A DNA stretch of 64,000 bases from Tubiluchus corallicola (taxonomy: Eukaryota; Animalia; Priapulida), in contig JAQGDQ010000444.1 of assembly GCA_030141605.1 (NCBI GenBank), forward strand, positions 130,720-194,719, given 5' to 3'. The translations under genes and the position numbers were made by a program. Shown in pieces: positions 51,143 to 64,000 of this stretch. The notes under the pieces were generated by a model that did not search any database, was not told the origin of the DNA, and worked only from the letters and a program-made list of their open reading frames with translations. How positions within the stretch are numbered: position 1 is the stretch's first letter; each line of letters starts with the position of its first letter.

Positions 51143-51896
51143 ACTGTTCATCTACATTTTAGAGTCTGTTGAAAACATTTTAGGTAATATGAAAGTAAAA
51201 CAAAATGTTCACTTGTTCTGATGATATTTTTCATGGCTTGTTCGTCTACATTTTAGAGTCTGTTGAAAATATTTTAGGTAATATGAAAGTAAAAAAAAAT
51301 GTTCACTTGTTCTGATGATATTTTTCATGGCTTGGTCATCTACATTTTAGAATCTGTTGAAAACATTTTAGGTAATATGAAAGTAAAACAAAATGTTCAC
51401 TTGTTCTTATGAAATTTTTCATGGCTTGTTCATCTACATTTTAGAATCTGTTGAAAATATTTTAGGTAATATGAAAGTAAAACAAAATGTTCACTTGTTC
51501 TGATGAAATTTTTCATGGCTTGGTCATCTACATTTTAGAATCTGTTGAAAATATTTTAGGTAATATGAAAGTAAAACAAAATGTTCACTTGTTCTGATGA
51601 AATTTTTCATGGCTTGGTCATCTACATTTTAGAATCTGTTGAAAATATTTTAGGTAATATGAAAGTAAAACAAAATGTTCACTTGTTCTGACGATATTTT
51701 TCATGGCTTGGTCATCTACATTTTAGAATCTGTTGAAAACATTTTAGGTAATATGAAAGTAAAACAAAATGTTCACTTGTTCTGATGAAATTTTTCATGG
51801 CTTGGTCATCTACATTTTAGAATCTGTTGAAAATATTTTAGGTAATGTGAAAGTTAAACAAAATGTTCACTTGTTCTGATGAAATTTTTCATGGCA
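51143..51896 (+). repeat. 94-bp tandem repeat, 8 copies
   Basis: catctacattttag (or a one-base variant) at 51149, 51243, 51337, 51431, 51525, 51619, 51713 and 51807. Confidence 0.97.
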
Positions 51897-54599
51897 TTTT
51901 ATAAATATGGGTTAGCAAGTGAATGTCCATCAGCTCTTCGGTCTTTATACATAATACAAGCAGAGGCTATTATTAACACCACAAACGGTAATTTTCATCG
52001 TCGTTTGGATGAGTGTTCACAGAATGTAACAACAGCAGTACTCCATATTTTAATAATATTATGTTGACAGCACAATATGAAGAATGAAAAAATAATAAAG
52101 ATCGTTTTTGTGTTTTTTTTGAAATTTTGGACAAATTCACAACTGTAATTTTCACTTTGCTTAGCACTCAGTTACACGTGTGTAGTAACTGGTGATAAAT
52201 TTTGTGCGATTTAGTTGTTAATAATTCTACGCATGTCCTACCAAACTTTCAGCCTTTGAAAAATCTGTACCGAGTAAACAAATTCCCCAAAAAAATGCTA
52301 TGAATGATAATTTACTGTTCAACTTCTGTTGCTTCCAATCATGCTGGGAGGGCTGCCTGTCAGTTCAATAGCTGAGCAGGGCAGACCTTCTTGCAGCTAG
52401 TGGTCACCTTCGTGTGCAACCTTCATTTCGTGGCACCAAATGCCTTTCAATTTACAAAGTTGGAGTGATTTGAAAACTTTTTGCAGATTCTAGTACAGAA
52501 AAGAATGCTGTACAGTTTTTGCGTTTGAACAGTTTTAGATACAATCTAACATTTGGAAACTAAAAGGCTTTGAAATGAAATTATTTTGAAAAATCTACAT
52601 ACATTTCGTATCATACTGTTAATTACTAAACTAAATAAAAACATTTTAACCGTTTTATTTACAACGCTAGAAAATCATTAGCAGACAAAAAAGGATGTGC
52701 TTGATCTAGAAACATTAGAACTTCCTTTCTGCTTGTGTTTCATACAAGATGAACGCAAAAACATTTAGCTATTCTGTGTTCAAAATAAAATGACGACTTT
52801 AGAACGAACTAGAGGAGTTCTTATTATTTGTTCAAAATGCGATTTAAACGTTTCGTGTTCATTTTTGTTCAAACTTTGTTCATTTTGTTCTTTGCAAAAG
52901 TCATTTTTGCATTCAGTTTATAGCCCAAGTATTACACGAAGCACCTAGGCAAGATGTACAAATACCACCACAAAAGGAGAAATTTTACTTTTTACACGAA
53001 ATGAGTTTATTGACCTCTAATAATTGATGCTAAAAAGGTCAGACGTAAACAAAACAAGCCCAAAAATAGCTAAACAGCAGTTTTTATAATTGCATTGTTA
53101 GTTTGGCTGGCGTATGTATGCAAAAGAAAGACGTAATTGCAAAGTTTAAAACGCAGCTTGTAACAAAAGAATCTTAAATGCTGCAGAAGGTTTTGCACAA
53201 TTCATGCATCTTCTGTAATGGGCCTTGCATACAGGGGTAGACCATAGGGGCCAATTAGTGGTAGTCGCTGCTAAGTTCGATCAGTTCCTTGGCCGAGCTA
53301 GGGTCACTAACCGACTGCCCACTAAAGGAAACAGGCAATAGCTGAGTGTAGGCAGACTGTACGGGGGCTCTACCTAAATAACATGGATTCTTTTGTGGTG
53401 TGATGGATGAAAAACAGGCTTTCCATCTATACCTAAAATATTAAACTGTAAGCAGTCGAAGAAATAACAAAATATTAAGTTTAATGACGCAATAAAAATA
53501 TCAAACAGTCATGAAATTGAGCCTTCTGTAAACAATGGAAATTAGTAATATGCAAAAGTAAATCTGAAAACGCTACTAAACAGCATGGCATGAAATAAAT
53601 GCCATGGCGTGAACACACAAAAATCATACAGTGTTCCTAACTATTTAAAGGGTTCCTACTTACTCTACCAGCCACCCCAAAATGCATACGCTAGTATAAT
53701 ATATTCTCCAGACACGAGTAGTTTGTGGTCATTCCTTTAGAACAACTAAAGTATGGTTCAGACTTCATCTAACGGGTTCACGACTCCCACAGTAACGACG
53801 CAAAAAGTCTGAGAGAAACGTAGTCAAATGTTTAACATAAGTCTATCAAGACGTGTGAACGGAGCTGTAGGCACACATGCGCTCGGAAATTCACATCAAA
53901 AACAACTTCTCCCTCTGGCGCCAATTAACGATAACGTAAATAAACAGGTACCTTTGTCTTCCGGTTTATTGGCATAAAGTTCCTACCTGGGCGGTGACGA
54001 ATTCTCTGTCCCATGCGATGGAGTATCGAGCTGGGCACCTTTCCAACTGCACGACGGTTCTCTCACATGATCCAAAACGACATCTTCCCCGCATGGTAAG
54101 ATCAGCAAAGCCATGTAAACCAATGAGTGGACATCTTCCACCACCACGAATAGATCATTAAATTTTCAAACGTCAGCTAATAGACAATCAGGTAAAACGC
54201 AAAAACGCAGTTTAACCAATCAAACTCAAGTTGCATCTCGTGTCGGTGAAATCTGTGTCATGAAAGTACAGAAATCTATGCGTTTGGCTTCAATCCGATT
54301 AAATGCACAAACGTGGGGGGGGGGACTAACATTCCCTAAACTAACAAATACTACTACCTAGTTGATTGTAACAATCTAGAAACAATTTACACTCAGTGAA
54401 CATAAGTAGAGGGAAGCTGGTGTCAAGATACGAAAATAAAGCTTAATGTTTATCTGCAAGTTAAAGTACGACTCTAAGATTTAATCTGGGTCATTACATC
54501 TTCAAGTTTGCTTTATCTTTGTTTTCTGGCTTTTACAAAACAAAAACTTTTGTTTTACTTTGTTTTGCTAGTTGGAAAATCATTTGGGAGAGCGGCTGG

Positions 54600-55515
54600 T
54601 TTTGAATGCACCCGACTGTTTTGTGCACAGTAAGACCATGTGAACCAGCACTGTGCTGCCATCTGGCAATGAATACAATATAGAAACAGCTTACATCACA
54701 AAGCATCATAATTTTTTTAGAGTAATGCTTTCGAATGCATCGGCTGTTGTGCGTGCAGTAAGCCCATCACACCTTGCATGGTGCTTCTATCTGGCAAATA
54801 ATGAGAAAACAGTTTATGTTGCCATTTAACAAAGTTTTATAATTTTTGCAGAGTACTGGCTTTAAATGCATACGACGGTTGTGTGCACTGTAAAACCATC
54901 TCAACCTGAACTGTGCTGCCATCTGGCAAAGGAAATAATATGAAAATAACTTGCACTGTCATGTAAAAAATCTTTATAATTTTTGCGGAGCGCTGCTTTT
55001 AAATGCATCAACCAGCTGCACGCACGACAAGCAAACCAAAGCCTGCACTGTGCTGCCATCTAGCAACAAAAATAATATAACAACACCTTATGCTGCCCTG
55101 TAACTTAAGCTTCCTAATTTCTGTGGAGTACTGGTTTTAAATGCTTCTGACTGTTCTACGTACACTAAGTCAACCAGAGACTGCACTGTGCTGCCACCTA
55201 GCAACGGAAATAAAATGAAAACAGCTTATGATGCCTTGTAACAAAGCTTCTTAATTTCTGTAGACTGCTGATTTTAACTGCACTTGACTATTATGCACAC
55301 GGTAAGTTCATCACACGTTGCACTGTGCTGCCATCTGGCAATAGAAATAATATAAAGACATCTTATGCTGCTGTGTAAACAATGTTTCGTAATTTCTGTA
55401 GAGTACTGGTTTTAACTGCACTTGACGGTTATGCACATGGTAAGTTCATCACACCTTGCACGGTGCTGCCATCTGGCTTTAGCAATAATATAAAGACAGC
55501 TTATGACGCCCTGTA
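54600..55515 (+). repeat. Diverged ~135-bp tandem repeat, 7 units, with conserved core gcactgtgctgccatctggca
   Basis: Core at ~54651, 54780, 54911, 55048, 55186, 55323 and 55461. Confidence 0.88.
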
Positions 55516-56059
55516 AAATAAATAAGGTTTTTTAATTTGCTTTAACTTACGAAAAATTTGAAATCTGTGCTGTACACAAAGCTCGCAGCCTAAGCACAAG
55601 AGTCACCTGCAATAATTGATTATAATCTCTGTTAATTCGAGTCTGAGAAATAAGTCTTATTGATGTAGCGCCACCTAACAAAGAAACTGGTGAAATGTTG
55701 TTGCTTTGAAAAAAACTTTTTTAATGTATAAAAATGCGACAATTTTTTTCCTTGCGGAATTATGAATATAAAGTATAAAGCTTGCAGAGAGAACAACAAT
55801 GGCCAAAGTGACAACATTAGCGTCTTCATCATCATCATCAGCATAGCAGCAACAGCAGTGATAACAACAGCAGCAATGATAGCAAATAATGCGAGTGACA
55901 AGTAGAAGATGGAGCAGCTACAGCGACAGTGACAACGACCATATAGCTGTTACAAAATTATTTATTATATATCGAACATGCCAGTTGAAATTTTGGTGAT
56001 TACCCAGAAGTTCACACGCTGCTAAGATTGTTGTGAAATTTGCTGAACCTTCAAAAAGA

Positions 56060-56885
56060 GGGATTATTATTATCAGCTTATCAATCGTAATTAAATTCCA
56101 GACACAATTATAAGGGATTAAAATCTTTCTTTGTCGGCAGGGAGTAATCTGCCACTCTGGTAAATACTTCAAAAAGATTGATTATTATTATCAGCTTATC
56201 AATCGTAATTAAATTCCAGACACAATTATAAGGGATTAAAATCTTTCTTTGTAGGCTGGGAGTTACCTACCACTCAGGTAAACACTTCAAAAAGATTGAT
56301 TATTATTATCAGCTTATCAATCGTAATTAAATTCCAGACAAAATTATAAGGGATTAAAATCTTTCTTTGTAGGCTGGGAGTTACCTACCACTCAGGTAAA
56401 CACTTCAAAAAGATTGATTATTATTATTAGCTTATCAATCGTAATTAAACTCCAGACACAATTATAAGGGATTAAAATCTTTCTTTGTAGGCTGGGAGTA
56501 ACCTGCCACTCAGGTAAACACTTCAAAAAGATTCATTATTATTATCGGCTTATCAATCGTTATTAAATTCCAGACACAATTATAAGGGATTAAAATCTTT
56601 CTTTGTAGGCTGGGAGTAACCTACCACTCAGGTAAACACTTCACAAAGATTCATTATTATTATTATCAGCTTATCAATCGTTATTAAATTCCAGACACAG
56701 TTATAAGGAATTAAAATCTTTCTTTGTAGGCTGGGAGTAACCTACCACTCAGGTAAACATTCAAAAAGATTCATTATTATTATCAGCTTATCAATCGTAA
56801 TTAAATTCTAGACACAATTATAAGGGATTAAAATCTTTCTTTGTAGGCTGGGAGTTACCTACCACTCAGGTAAATACTTCAAAAA
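56060..56885 (+). repeat. 118-bp tandem repeat, ~7 copies (module B subunit)
   Basis: aaattccagac at 56093, 56211, 56329 and onward. Confidence 0.95.
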
Positions 56886-57469
56886 GATTATAAATAAGCT
56901 GCTCTTTTGTGTGCAGAGAGACCGCATCTCAAGATGTCTGCAACTTAATGTTTTGCGGAATTTGCCGCAAAGATTATAAACTTCAAAAGTCGGTGTTATT
57001 ATTTTCGGTTCGTTTCAGTCAATATTAAATTTCAGATAAAATTGTTGAAAGCTATAATCTTTCTTTGTGTGCAGGGCGTGATCTGAATCTCAGGAGAAAT
57101 ACTTTAGAAGGTTTTAATAACTATCGGGCTGTTCTCTGTGTGCAGAGAGAGCGTATCATGATTGGTCTGCAATTTGTCATTTTAGAAAATCTGCCGCTAG
57201 GATTATGTAAATGTAAACTTCAAATTGTTGAAAGTTAAAGCTTTCGTTATCCGTAGATTGTCGGCTCTATCCGTAGCAGCTCATATAGTAATAGTAGTTG
57301 TTGTGGTTTGTTGACCGTAAAATTAATATTTACAATCTTCGACAGGGATGGCACTGAAATATTTCATTGTCAAAAATGTTGCTCTTTTCAGAAAACAGCA
57401 AAATTATACAAAGGTTAAAAAATTTCACAATAAAAAACTTTCAATGTGAAAACAAGAAGGTACGATAAT

Positions 57470-58787
57470 ACGTTATATACGTTGTTTATACGTTAATAAA
57501 ATTCATTTAGTTTTACATAATTCAGACTTAACACAATATGCCGATGATACAACACTCTATACAGCACACGCAGACTTTCTAACATCAAAAAATAATCTAG
57601 AAAAAGACATAACAAATATAAATGCAGCATTTAACTATTTTGGTTTAAAAATGAATGATGATAAGACAGAATTTATGGTAATATCACCCAAATCCAATGA
57701 CATTACTTCTAATGCAACACTAAAAGTAGGTGACTGTTCCATAGAACAAGCAAAAACTGTAAAATTTTTAGGCATTACTGTCGACAATAAACTTACTTGG
57801 GATGAACAGTTTCATCAAATACACAACAAGATGGCATTAAGCACGACATTCTTACGCCAAACCAGAGGCCATCTAACCAAGAAAACAAAAATTCTCATCT
57901 ACAAAAGTCTAATATTACCACATTATCTATATGGTTGCACTTTACTTCAAAACGTTAAATATGAAAACTTTAGAAAACTAAATACAATGCAAAACTACGC
58001 ACTTAGATTAATTCATGGCTACTCTAACAAAACTGCTAAACAACATGCTGCTTCTGCAACAAGCTTAAGAACGTCCACAAAAATACCAATATTAGAAGCC
58101 TATCGAGATTACAAAACACTGATATTTCTTTATAAATATATAAATAAACTGAGCATTCCATTTATAAACAATCCCTTAGCATTTATTCCTGATACCTCAT
58201 TGAACACTAGAACATACAATTTAAAGCAAATTACAGTAAACAATAAATTTGGAAATAACTCTATATCAAAACAGGCCATACATTTATGGAACTTACTACC
58301 CAGTGAAATAAAACAAATAGAATCTCTCCACCACTTTAAAAAGAAATTAAAAGAATATCAATATAACAGGTTTCAACTTCCACATTGTGCATCTGATACT
58401 AATTACACGGACTCCACTTTCATATACCCCCGCCCCTGACTCCATATAATGATTAAAAATGAAATTTTTTAAAAAAAATTATGTAATGTAATACGTGTTA
58501 TGTTAGTTTCGTGTTTCGTAATGTTAAATGTATAAATAGTGTGCACTATGTAATGTAAAATTTAATGTACTTTCCTATAATTGTTTGTGAAAATATTTTA
58601 ATATGGTATTTGTAAATATGTTCATTATATTGTATATAGTTTGCACTTTAGTTTTTTTTAGTATGCACTGGACGCATTTGTCTTGAACAGTGTTGTTATT
58701 TTAACATTACGCTGAGGCTAACTCAATTTTATTATAATGAGGGAACCGTTTTTATGACAAATAAAGAATTAATATATATATATATAT
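57470..58787 (+). mobile_element. 5'-truncated LINE with an open ORF2 C-terminal frame (ORF 57651-58439), 3' UTR, (TA)n tail and ATAAT TSD
   Basis: TQYADDT, KFLGITVDNKLTW, IYKSLILPHYLYG and LWNLLPSEIK. AATAAA precedes (TA)n. ATAAT occurs at 57465-57469 and 58788-58792. The empty site aggtacgataatgact is at ~39016. Confidence 0.92.
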
Positions 58788-59337
58788 ATAATGACTAAAC
58801 TGAAACTAGAAGATGATTCAGCAATGTAGACAGACACAATGAAAATGTGCTTAAAGAATTTTTCAAAGTTGTAACACTTTTTTACGGTATTTGCAAAAAC
58901 TAGTGTGATTTCTTATTCATAAACTCTCGAAATATTCTAACAAATTTCAGTTTGGATTTTTCCGCAATTACAGAGTCTCTTATACATCAAAAGATTTATA
59001 ATTAAGCTTCTCTTTTGTTTAAGAGAAGCACCTCTCAAATGGTTTGCTTTTTTGTTTTGCGTTATCAAAAGAATTATGCCAAATGTTAGCATACCAACTT
59101 TGTGGTCGTAGAACAGGTCTAAGCAGGCTAACCTTACACGCCAAACTTTAAAAAACAATATGAAAGGCTTTGAAACTGTATAGATTTTAATGATTTGCAG
59201 AGTGAAGAAATAAAAGTTTTTTCCCAAAAAAATACATAAAAAATTCAGAAGAAGATCTATTGTCAGTTACTGCTGATATTTAGTTATTGAAATATCTCTT
59301 TTTTTCTTAGTACAGCTAATAACTTCGCTAAACGAAT

Positions 59338-59532
59338 CAGTTTTGCGCAATCTTTGCGCAGTTTTGCGCGATCTTTCCGCAGTTTTTGCGCGATCTTTGC
59401 GCAGTTTTTGCGCAATCTTTCCGCTGTTTTTGCGCAATCTTTCCGCTGTTTTTGCGCAATCTTTCCGCAGTTTTTGCGCAATCTTTGCACAGTTTTTGCG
59501 CGATTTTTGCGCGATCTTCGCGAAGTTTTTGC
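59338..59532 (+). repeat. 22-bp minisatellite (11-bp subunits), ~9 units
   Basis: Unit cagtttttgcgcaatctttccg. A shorter version lies at 39085-39160. Confidence 0.92.
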
Positions 59533-62227
59533 GGGCGTTCTTGATGGAAAATTTCTAGTGAGTGTAAACGTTGGGCGGAGCTAAACAGTTGCTCAATGTA
59601 CCGTCTGGCATTTCACCATGACAAATTCCAGTCACTTTCATACGAATCATATTTCCTTGAATGAGACAGTTCAAATCATTTAACGTGCAATCTTGCTATG
59701 ACATTTGCTATGAAACTGCAACTATTTATAAGTTTTTTGTGATAATATTAAGTGCAGTAAGAGGTTCTGAGTGAAAAAAAAAACGAAAATTTCGTCTCTG
59801 TGAGAAGTAAATTATTCTTCGTGCTGAGACCGTTTGTGTATTATTGCATATTCGTGTTCGTTTTGCCTGAGAAATAATTTGTGGCTGCGTCGTACTTTTA
59901 GTGAATTCAAGCGAGGCTATTGCAACACTTTACTTGGCCTAGCGTACAAATATTTTAATAATGTTTATTATGACACAAGTTTAATGTAATATCATTTAAA
60001 GCATCAGTTCTGTTACCATATTTAGAGTTTTAACCAATAACTTTCCTTCTCTTATTCATACATCAGCTGTCTGCGTTTTTAGTACCATAGTTATTGAGAT
60101 ACTTACATATAATGTAATTATTTCGCACTTCATACACTTACTTTAAATTTCATCAGTTTTCCAGCATTCTGTCTTAAGGGTCAGTCAAATAAAATGGATA
60201 ATAATGTGGTCTTCTAAGAGCCACGAGTCTTTTGCTACCGTGCTAGCACGAATTAAAAATTACAGTTGTGTTCGGAAAAATATCCGTTAAACCTATTTGG
60301 CGCTGCAATTACTGTAAGTTTTTTTTTCAATTTATTTGTTAAAAATCGATTTTTAATTTGACTTAACTGTAAGCAAGTACATACTTATACACTTTTGCAT
60401 GAAAATACATTGCGTGAAGACTAGAAACCAATAAAAATTATCCAATATAACGTAATGGCTGCTTAGTGATAACAGTTTTTTCATGAACCCTTGCAAAAGG
60501 TAGCAAATGTCTTCTGTCCAGAAGCGGTAAAGCAGTATTTGTCCGAAGACCCTGTTATGACCCTGTTTTAATAACAACCAGAAAATATTGGCATATCGTC
60601 ATCTAGAAATGATTTCTTGGAAATTAAAGAAAGTTTGAACATGAAATTTGACAACGCATTGTTCAACACGATTTCTTAAAAATGTAATTTACCATAGTGA
60701 TGGTTCTATATGCTCAAAAGTTTTTTGTCTATTATAATGAAATTTTAATGTTTGTCATTTATGTAAATATTTCTAACTACTTTCTCTTTTATTTTTGCAT
60801 AAAGTAAGTTTTATGATTGTTTTATTTGTTTTATTAGTAAATTGATTTATATGATTTAGGTCGAACAAAGTCAAATAAAGAATAATAAAATAAATAAGTA
60901 AATAATAGTAATGAAATATCACGTTATATAGCTACATCATCTTTGTTCGGTTTTCTTCATTGCTATCGTTCTGCAAATTGTTCGCTTTAAATAAAAATTG
61001 TTCCAAAAAACCTAGGTACAGAGTGGGCAGACATGAACTTTATGCAAACGTATATATCCTACTAACCCCAAGCTTTGTCAATATTGCTATATCTTTGTTA
61101 TTACTGAACTTTTGTTAAACTGAATTTGGAATTTGTTGATGATTAAATTGTTTGATTAATTATTTTAATATCTGCCATTTGATCTTTATTTTTTCTTCAG
61201 AACCATTAGTGTATAGAATGCAAATAGGCCATAGTCCCAGGTATTTTTAACATCCGCCTTAGGCCGATCTGCATCCATACATTTAGTAACTATCATACTA
61301 GCTCCCTTCTGTTATGAGATGAAAAACTAACGCAGCATGCTCCTCTTTGATTCCCCTATAGGAAATACAGGATCAGGGTCATCACATGTGGCAACATCGA
61401 ATCTATCCACCTGGACAAAAATTAAGCTATGATGGCAATTTTAGCTATTCAAGGATAAAGATTAACTAAGTTTTGTTGCTTTTAGTTGGGCAGCACAAGT
61501 AATCTTATGCATTGAGATTTTTAGTCGAATTTGGAAAACGTGAAATCTGCGTTTTTGTACAAATGTATCTATTTGAGTGTCAAAAATCTAAAAATATCGT
61601 TTTACCGTCGGGCACTTATGTCAGACAGTCTGCACACGCCTAAAAAGCCCAGGGAAGAAAATCATCTGTCACTACTGCCTTATGTCAGACAGTCTTATTC
61701 TAATATTTGAGAAAAATGATAGAAAGTTTTAGCAATGAAAAGTTTTAGCAAAGTTTTAGCTTTAGCTAATCGTTCGCTTGTCGGGTGATAAAAAATATTT
61801 AAATTTCTTTTACATTTTTAAGCAAAGCATTCTATGCGCACATATTATGCGGTGATTTCAATATTTTTAATGGCACATTAAAATGCAATAAATGTTGCTC
61901 GAGGGTTGGTTCTTCCTTTAAAACTAAATTACAGATTTCAGTGAAAAAATTACAAATCATTTTGGCAACTCAGCCCTTTATATAATATGATAATACATTG
62001 TTAAGGCAATATAGGCACGTTTATGTTGGCAGCTATCATCTACATCAAATATTTCCAAATTATTTACTCATCAACATCAAACTTGCTGTAAGAAACTGGT
62101 GGTTCAGAAAAGAGAGAAAGGGTCAGCACACACCCTACGCACACCCCACGCACACCCCGCACACACCCAACACACACCCCACACACACACACCACGCACA
62201 ACCTTCACTTCATACAAAAATCTATAA

Positions 62228-63793
62228 CGCATACGTAGCAATAACACTTCAACGGCGTGCGGGTAAACCATAGATAATAATATTACAGCAAGCATACGAA
62301 GCAAAAACACTTCAATGGCGTGCGGGTAAACCATAGATAATAATATTACAGCAAGCATACGTAGCAATAACACTTCAACGGTGTGAGGGTAAACCATAGA
62401 TAATAATATTACAGCAAGCATACGTAGCAATAACGCTTCAATGGCGTGTGGGTAAACCATAGATAATAATATTACAGCAAGCATACGAAGCAAAAACACT
62501 TCAACGGCGTGTGGGTAAACCATAGATAATAATATTACAGCAGGCATACGAAGCAAAAACACTTCAATGGCGTGAGGGTAAACCATAGATAATAATATTA
62601 CAGCAAGCATACGTAGCAATAACGCTTCAATGGCGCGTGGGTAAACCATAGATAATAATATTACAGCAGGCATACGAAGCAAAAACACTTCAATGGCTTT
62701 TTGGGTAAACCATAGATAATAATATTACAGCAAGCATACGAAGCAAAAACACTTCAACAGCGTGTGGGTAAACCATAGATAATAATATTACAGCAGGCAC
62801 ACGAAGCAAAAACGCTTCAACGGCGTGTGGGTAAACCACAGATAATAATATTACAGCAAGCATACGAAGCAAAAACACTTCAATGGCGTGAGGGTAAACC
62901 ATAGATAATAATATTACAGCAAGCATACGAAGCAATAACGCTTCAACGGTGTGAGGGTAAACCATAGATAATAATATTACAGCAAGCATACGAAGCAAAA
63001 ACACTTCAATGGCGTGCGGGTAAACCATAGATAATAATATTACAGCAAGCATACGAAGCAATAACACTTCAATGGCATGCAGGTAAACCATAGATAATAA
63101 TATTACAGCAAGCATACGAAGCAAAACGCTTCAATTGCGTAAACCATATAATAATATTACAGCAAGCATACGAAGCAAAACACTTCAATGGCGTGTGGGT
63201 AAACCATAGATAATAATATTACAGCAAGCATACGAAGCAATAACGCTTCAACGGTGAGGGTAAACCATATATAATATTACAGCAGGCATACGAAGCAAAA
63301 ACACTTCAACGGCGTGTGGGTAAACCATAGATAATAATATTACAGCAAGCATACGAAGCAAAAACGCTTCAATTGCGTGCGGGTAAACCATAGATAATAA
63401 TATTACAGCAAGCATACGAAGCAAAAACGCTTCAACGGCGTGTGGGTAAACCATAGATAATAATATTACAGCAAGCATACGAAGCAATAACGCTTCAACG
63501 GTGTGAGGGTAAACCATAGATAATAATATTACAGCAAGCATACGAAGCAAAAACACTTCAACGGCGTGCGGGTAAACCATAGATAATAATATTACAGCAA
63601 GCAAACGAAGCGAAAACGCTTCAATGGCGTGCGGGTAAACCATAGATAATAATATTACAGCAAGCATACGAAGCAATAACGCTTCAACGGTGTGAGGGTA
63701 AACCATAGATAATAATATTACAGCAAGCATACGAAGCAAAAACGCTTCAATGGCGTGCGGGTAAACCATAGATAATAATATTACAGCAAGCAA
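62228..63793. repeat. 63-bp satellite, ~25 copies
   Basis: Unit gggtaaaccatagataataatattacagcaagcatacgaagcaaaaacacttcaatggcgtgc, preceded by a (CA)-rich tract at 62127-62200. Confidence 0.98.
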
Positions 63794-64000
63794 AAGTAAA
63801 TTTATCGCTATTACGAACTTCATAGAAATAGGTAACGCGTTGTAGTTTTTTACCCGCTAGCCGTTAGGTGGTGCAGTGTATCAAGCGTTCACATGCTAAG
63901 GGCAGAGTGAGTTCTAGGATTACAGTGTTATCCTCCGTGCTTAGTATACGATTGATTAAATTTCATTATAATTACGGATTAGAATGACTAGGCTGCGTTC

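Larger units (their letters stand above)
54437..59598 (+). repeat. Segmental duplicate of 37075-39232 (longer copy)
   Basis: Colinear, with extra segments at ~55383-56095, 57470-58787 and ~58850-59470. Confidence 0.92.

Noticed and set aside
53220-54330. GC-richer unique stretch, possibly an LTR, DIRS or SINE fragment
   Set aside because: No termini, TSD or recognisable protein motif was found.
57651-58439. 262-aa ORF as a host gene
   Set aside because: It is the C-terminal part of a 5'-truncated LINE ORF2 with a TSD and tail, lacking most of the RT.
59284-59584. Lys/Arg/Cys-rich ORFs
   Set aside because: Translations of the 22-bp minisatellite.
62228-63793. CRISPR-like regular repeats (also 51143-51896, 40356-40766 and 56060-56885)
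   Set aside because: Units are head-to-tail with no unique spacers, there are no cas genes and the context is eukaryotic.

Overview
AT-rich, repeat-dense eukaryotic (probably invertebrate animal) genomic DNA. No prokaryotic gene organisation, rRNA, tRNA or CRISPR array is evident. The only convincing host gene is a Golgi-type carbohydrate sulfotransferase with an uninterrupted CDS (8001-9029, minus strand). The rest consists of: (i) a young, internally deleted BEL/Pao LTR retrotransposon (45695-49717) with near-identical LTRs, a TSD, a PBS and an in-frame Gag/integrase-C-terminus fusion ORF; (ii) a decayed Gypsy-like element, a probable solo LTR and five non-LTR (LINE) RT fragments; (iii) many mini- and satellite arrays (22, 29/58, 35, 43, 63, 94, ~100, 118, ~135, ~143 bp); and (iv) a few multi-kb modules repeated in shuffled order and in both orientations, forming a large interrupted palindrome centred near 18708 and a foldback-like inverted pair. 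Most short ORFs in the track are artefacts of tandem repeats. All alignments were made by eye, so module boundaries are approximate to tens of bp, whereas TSD and LTR boundaries were read base by base. I cannot show a new biological system. The best leads are the PPT-less non-autonomous BEL element and the satellite-bearing inverted composite modules.
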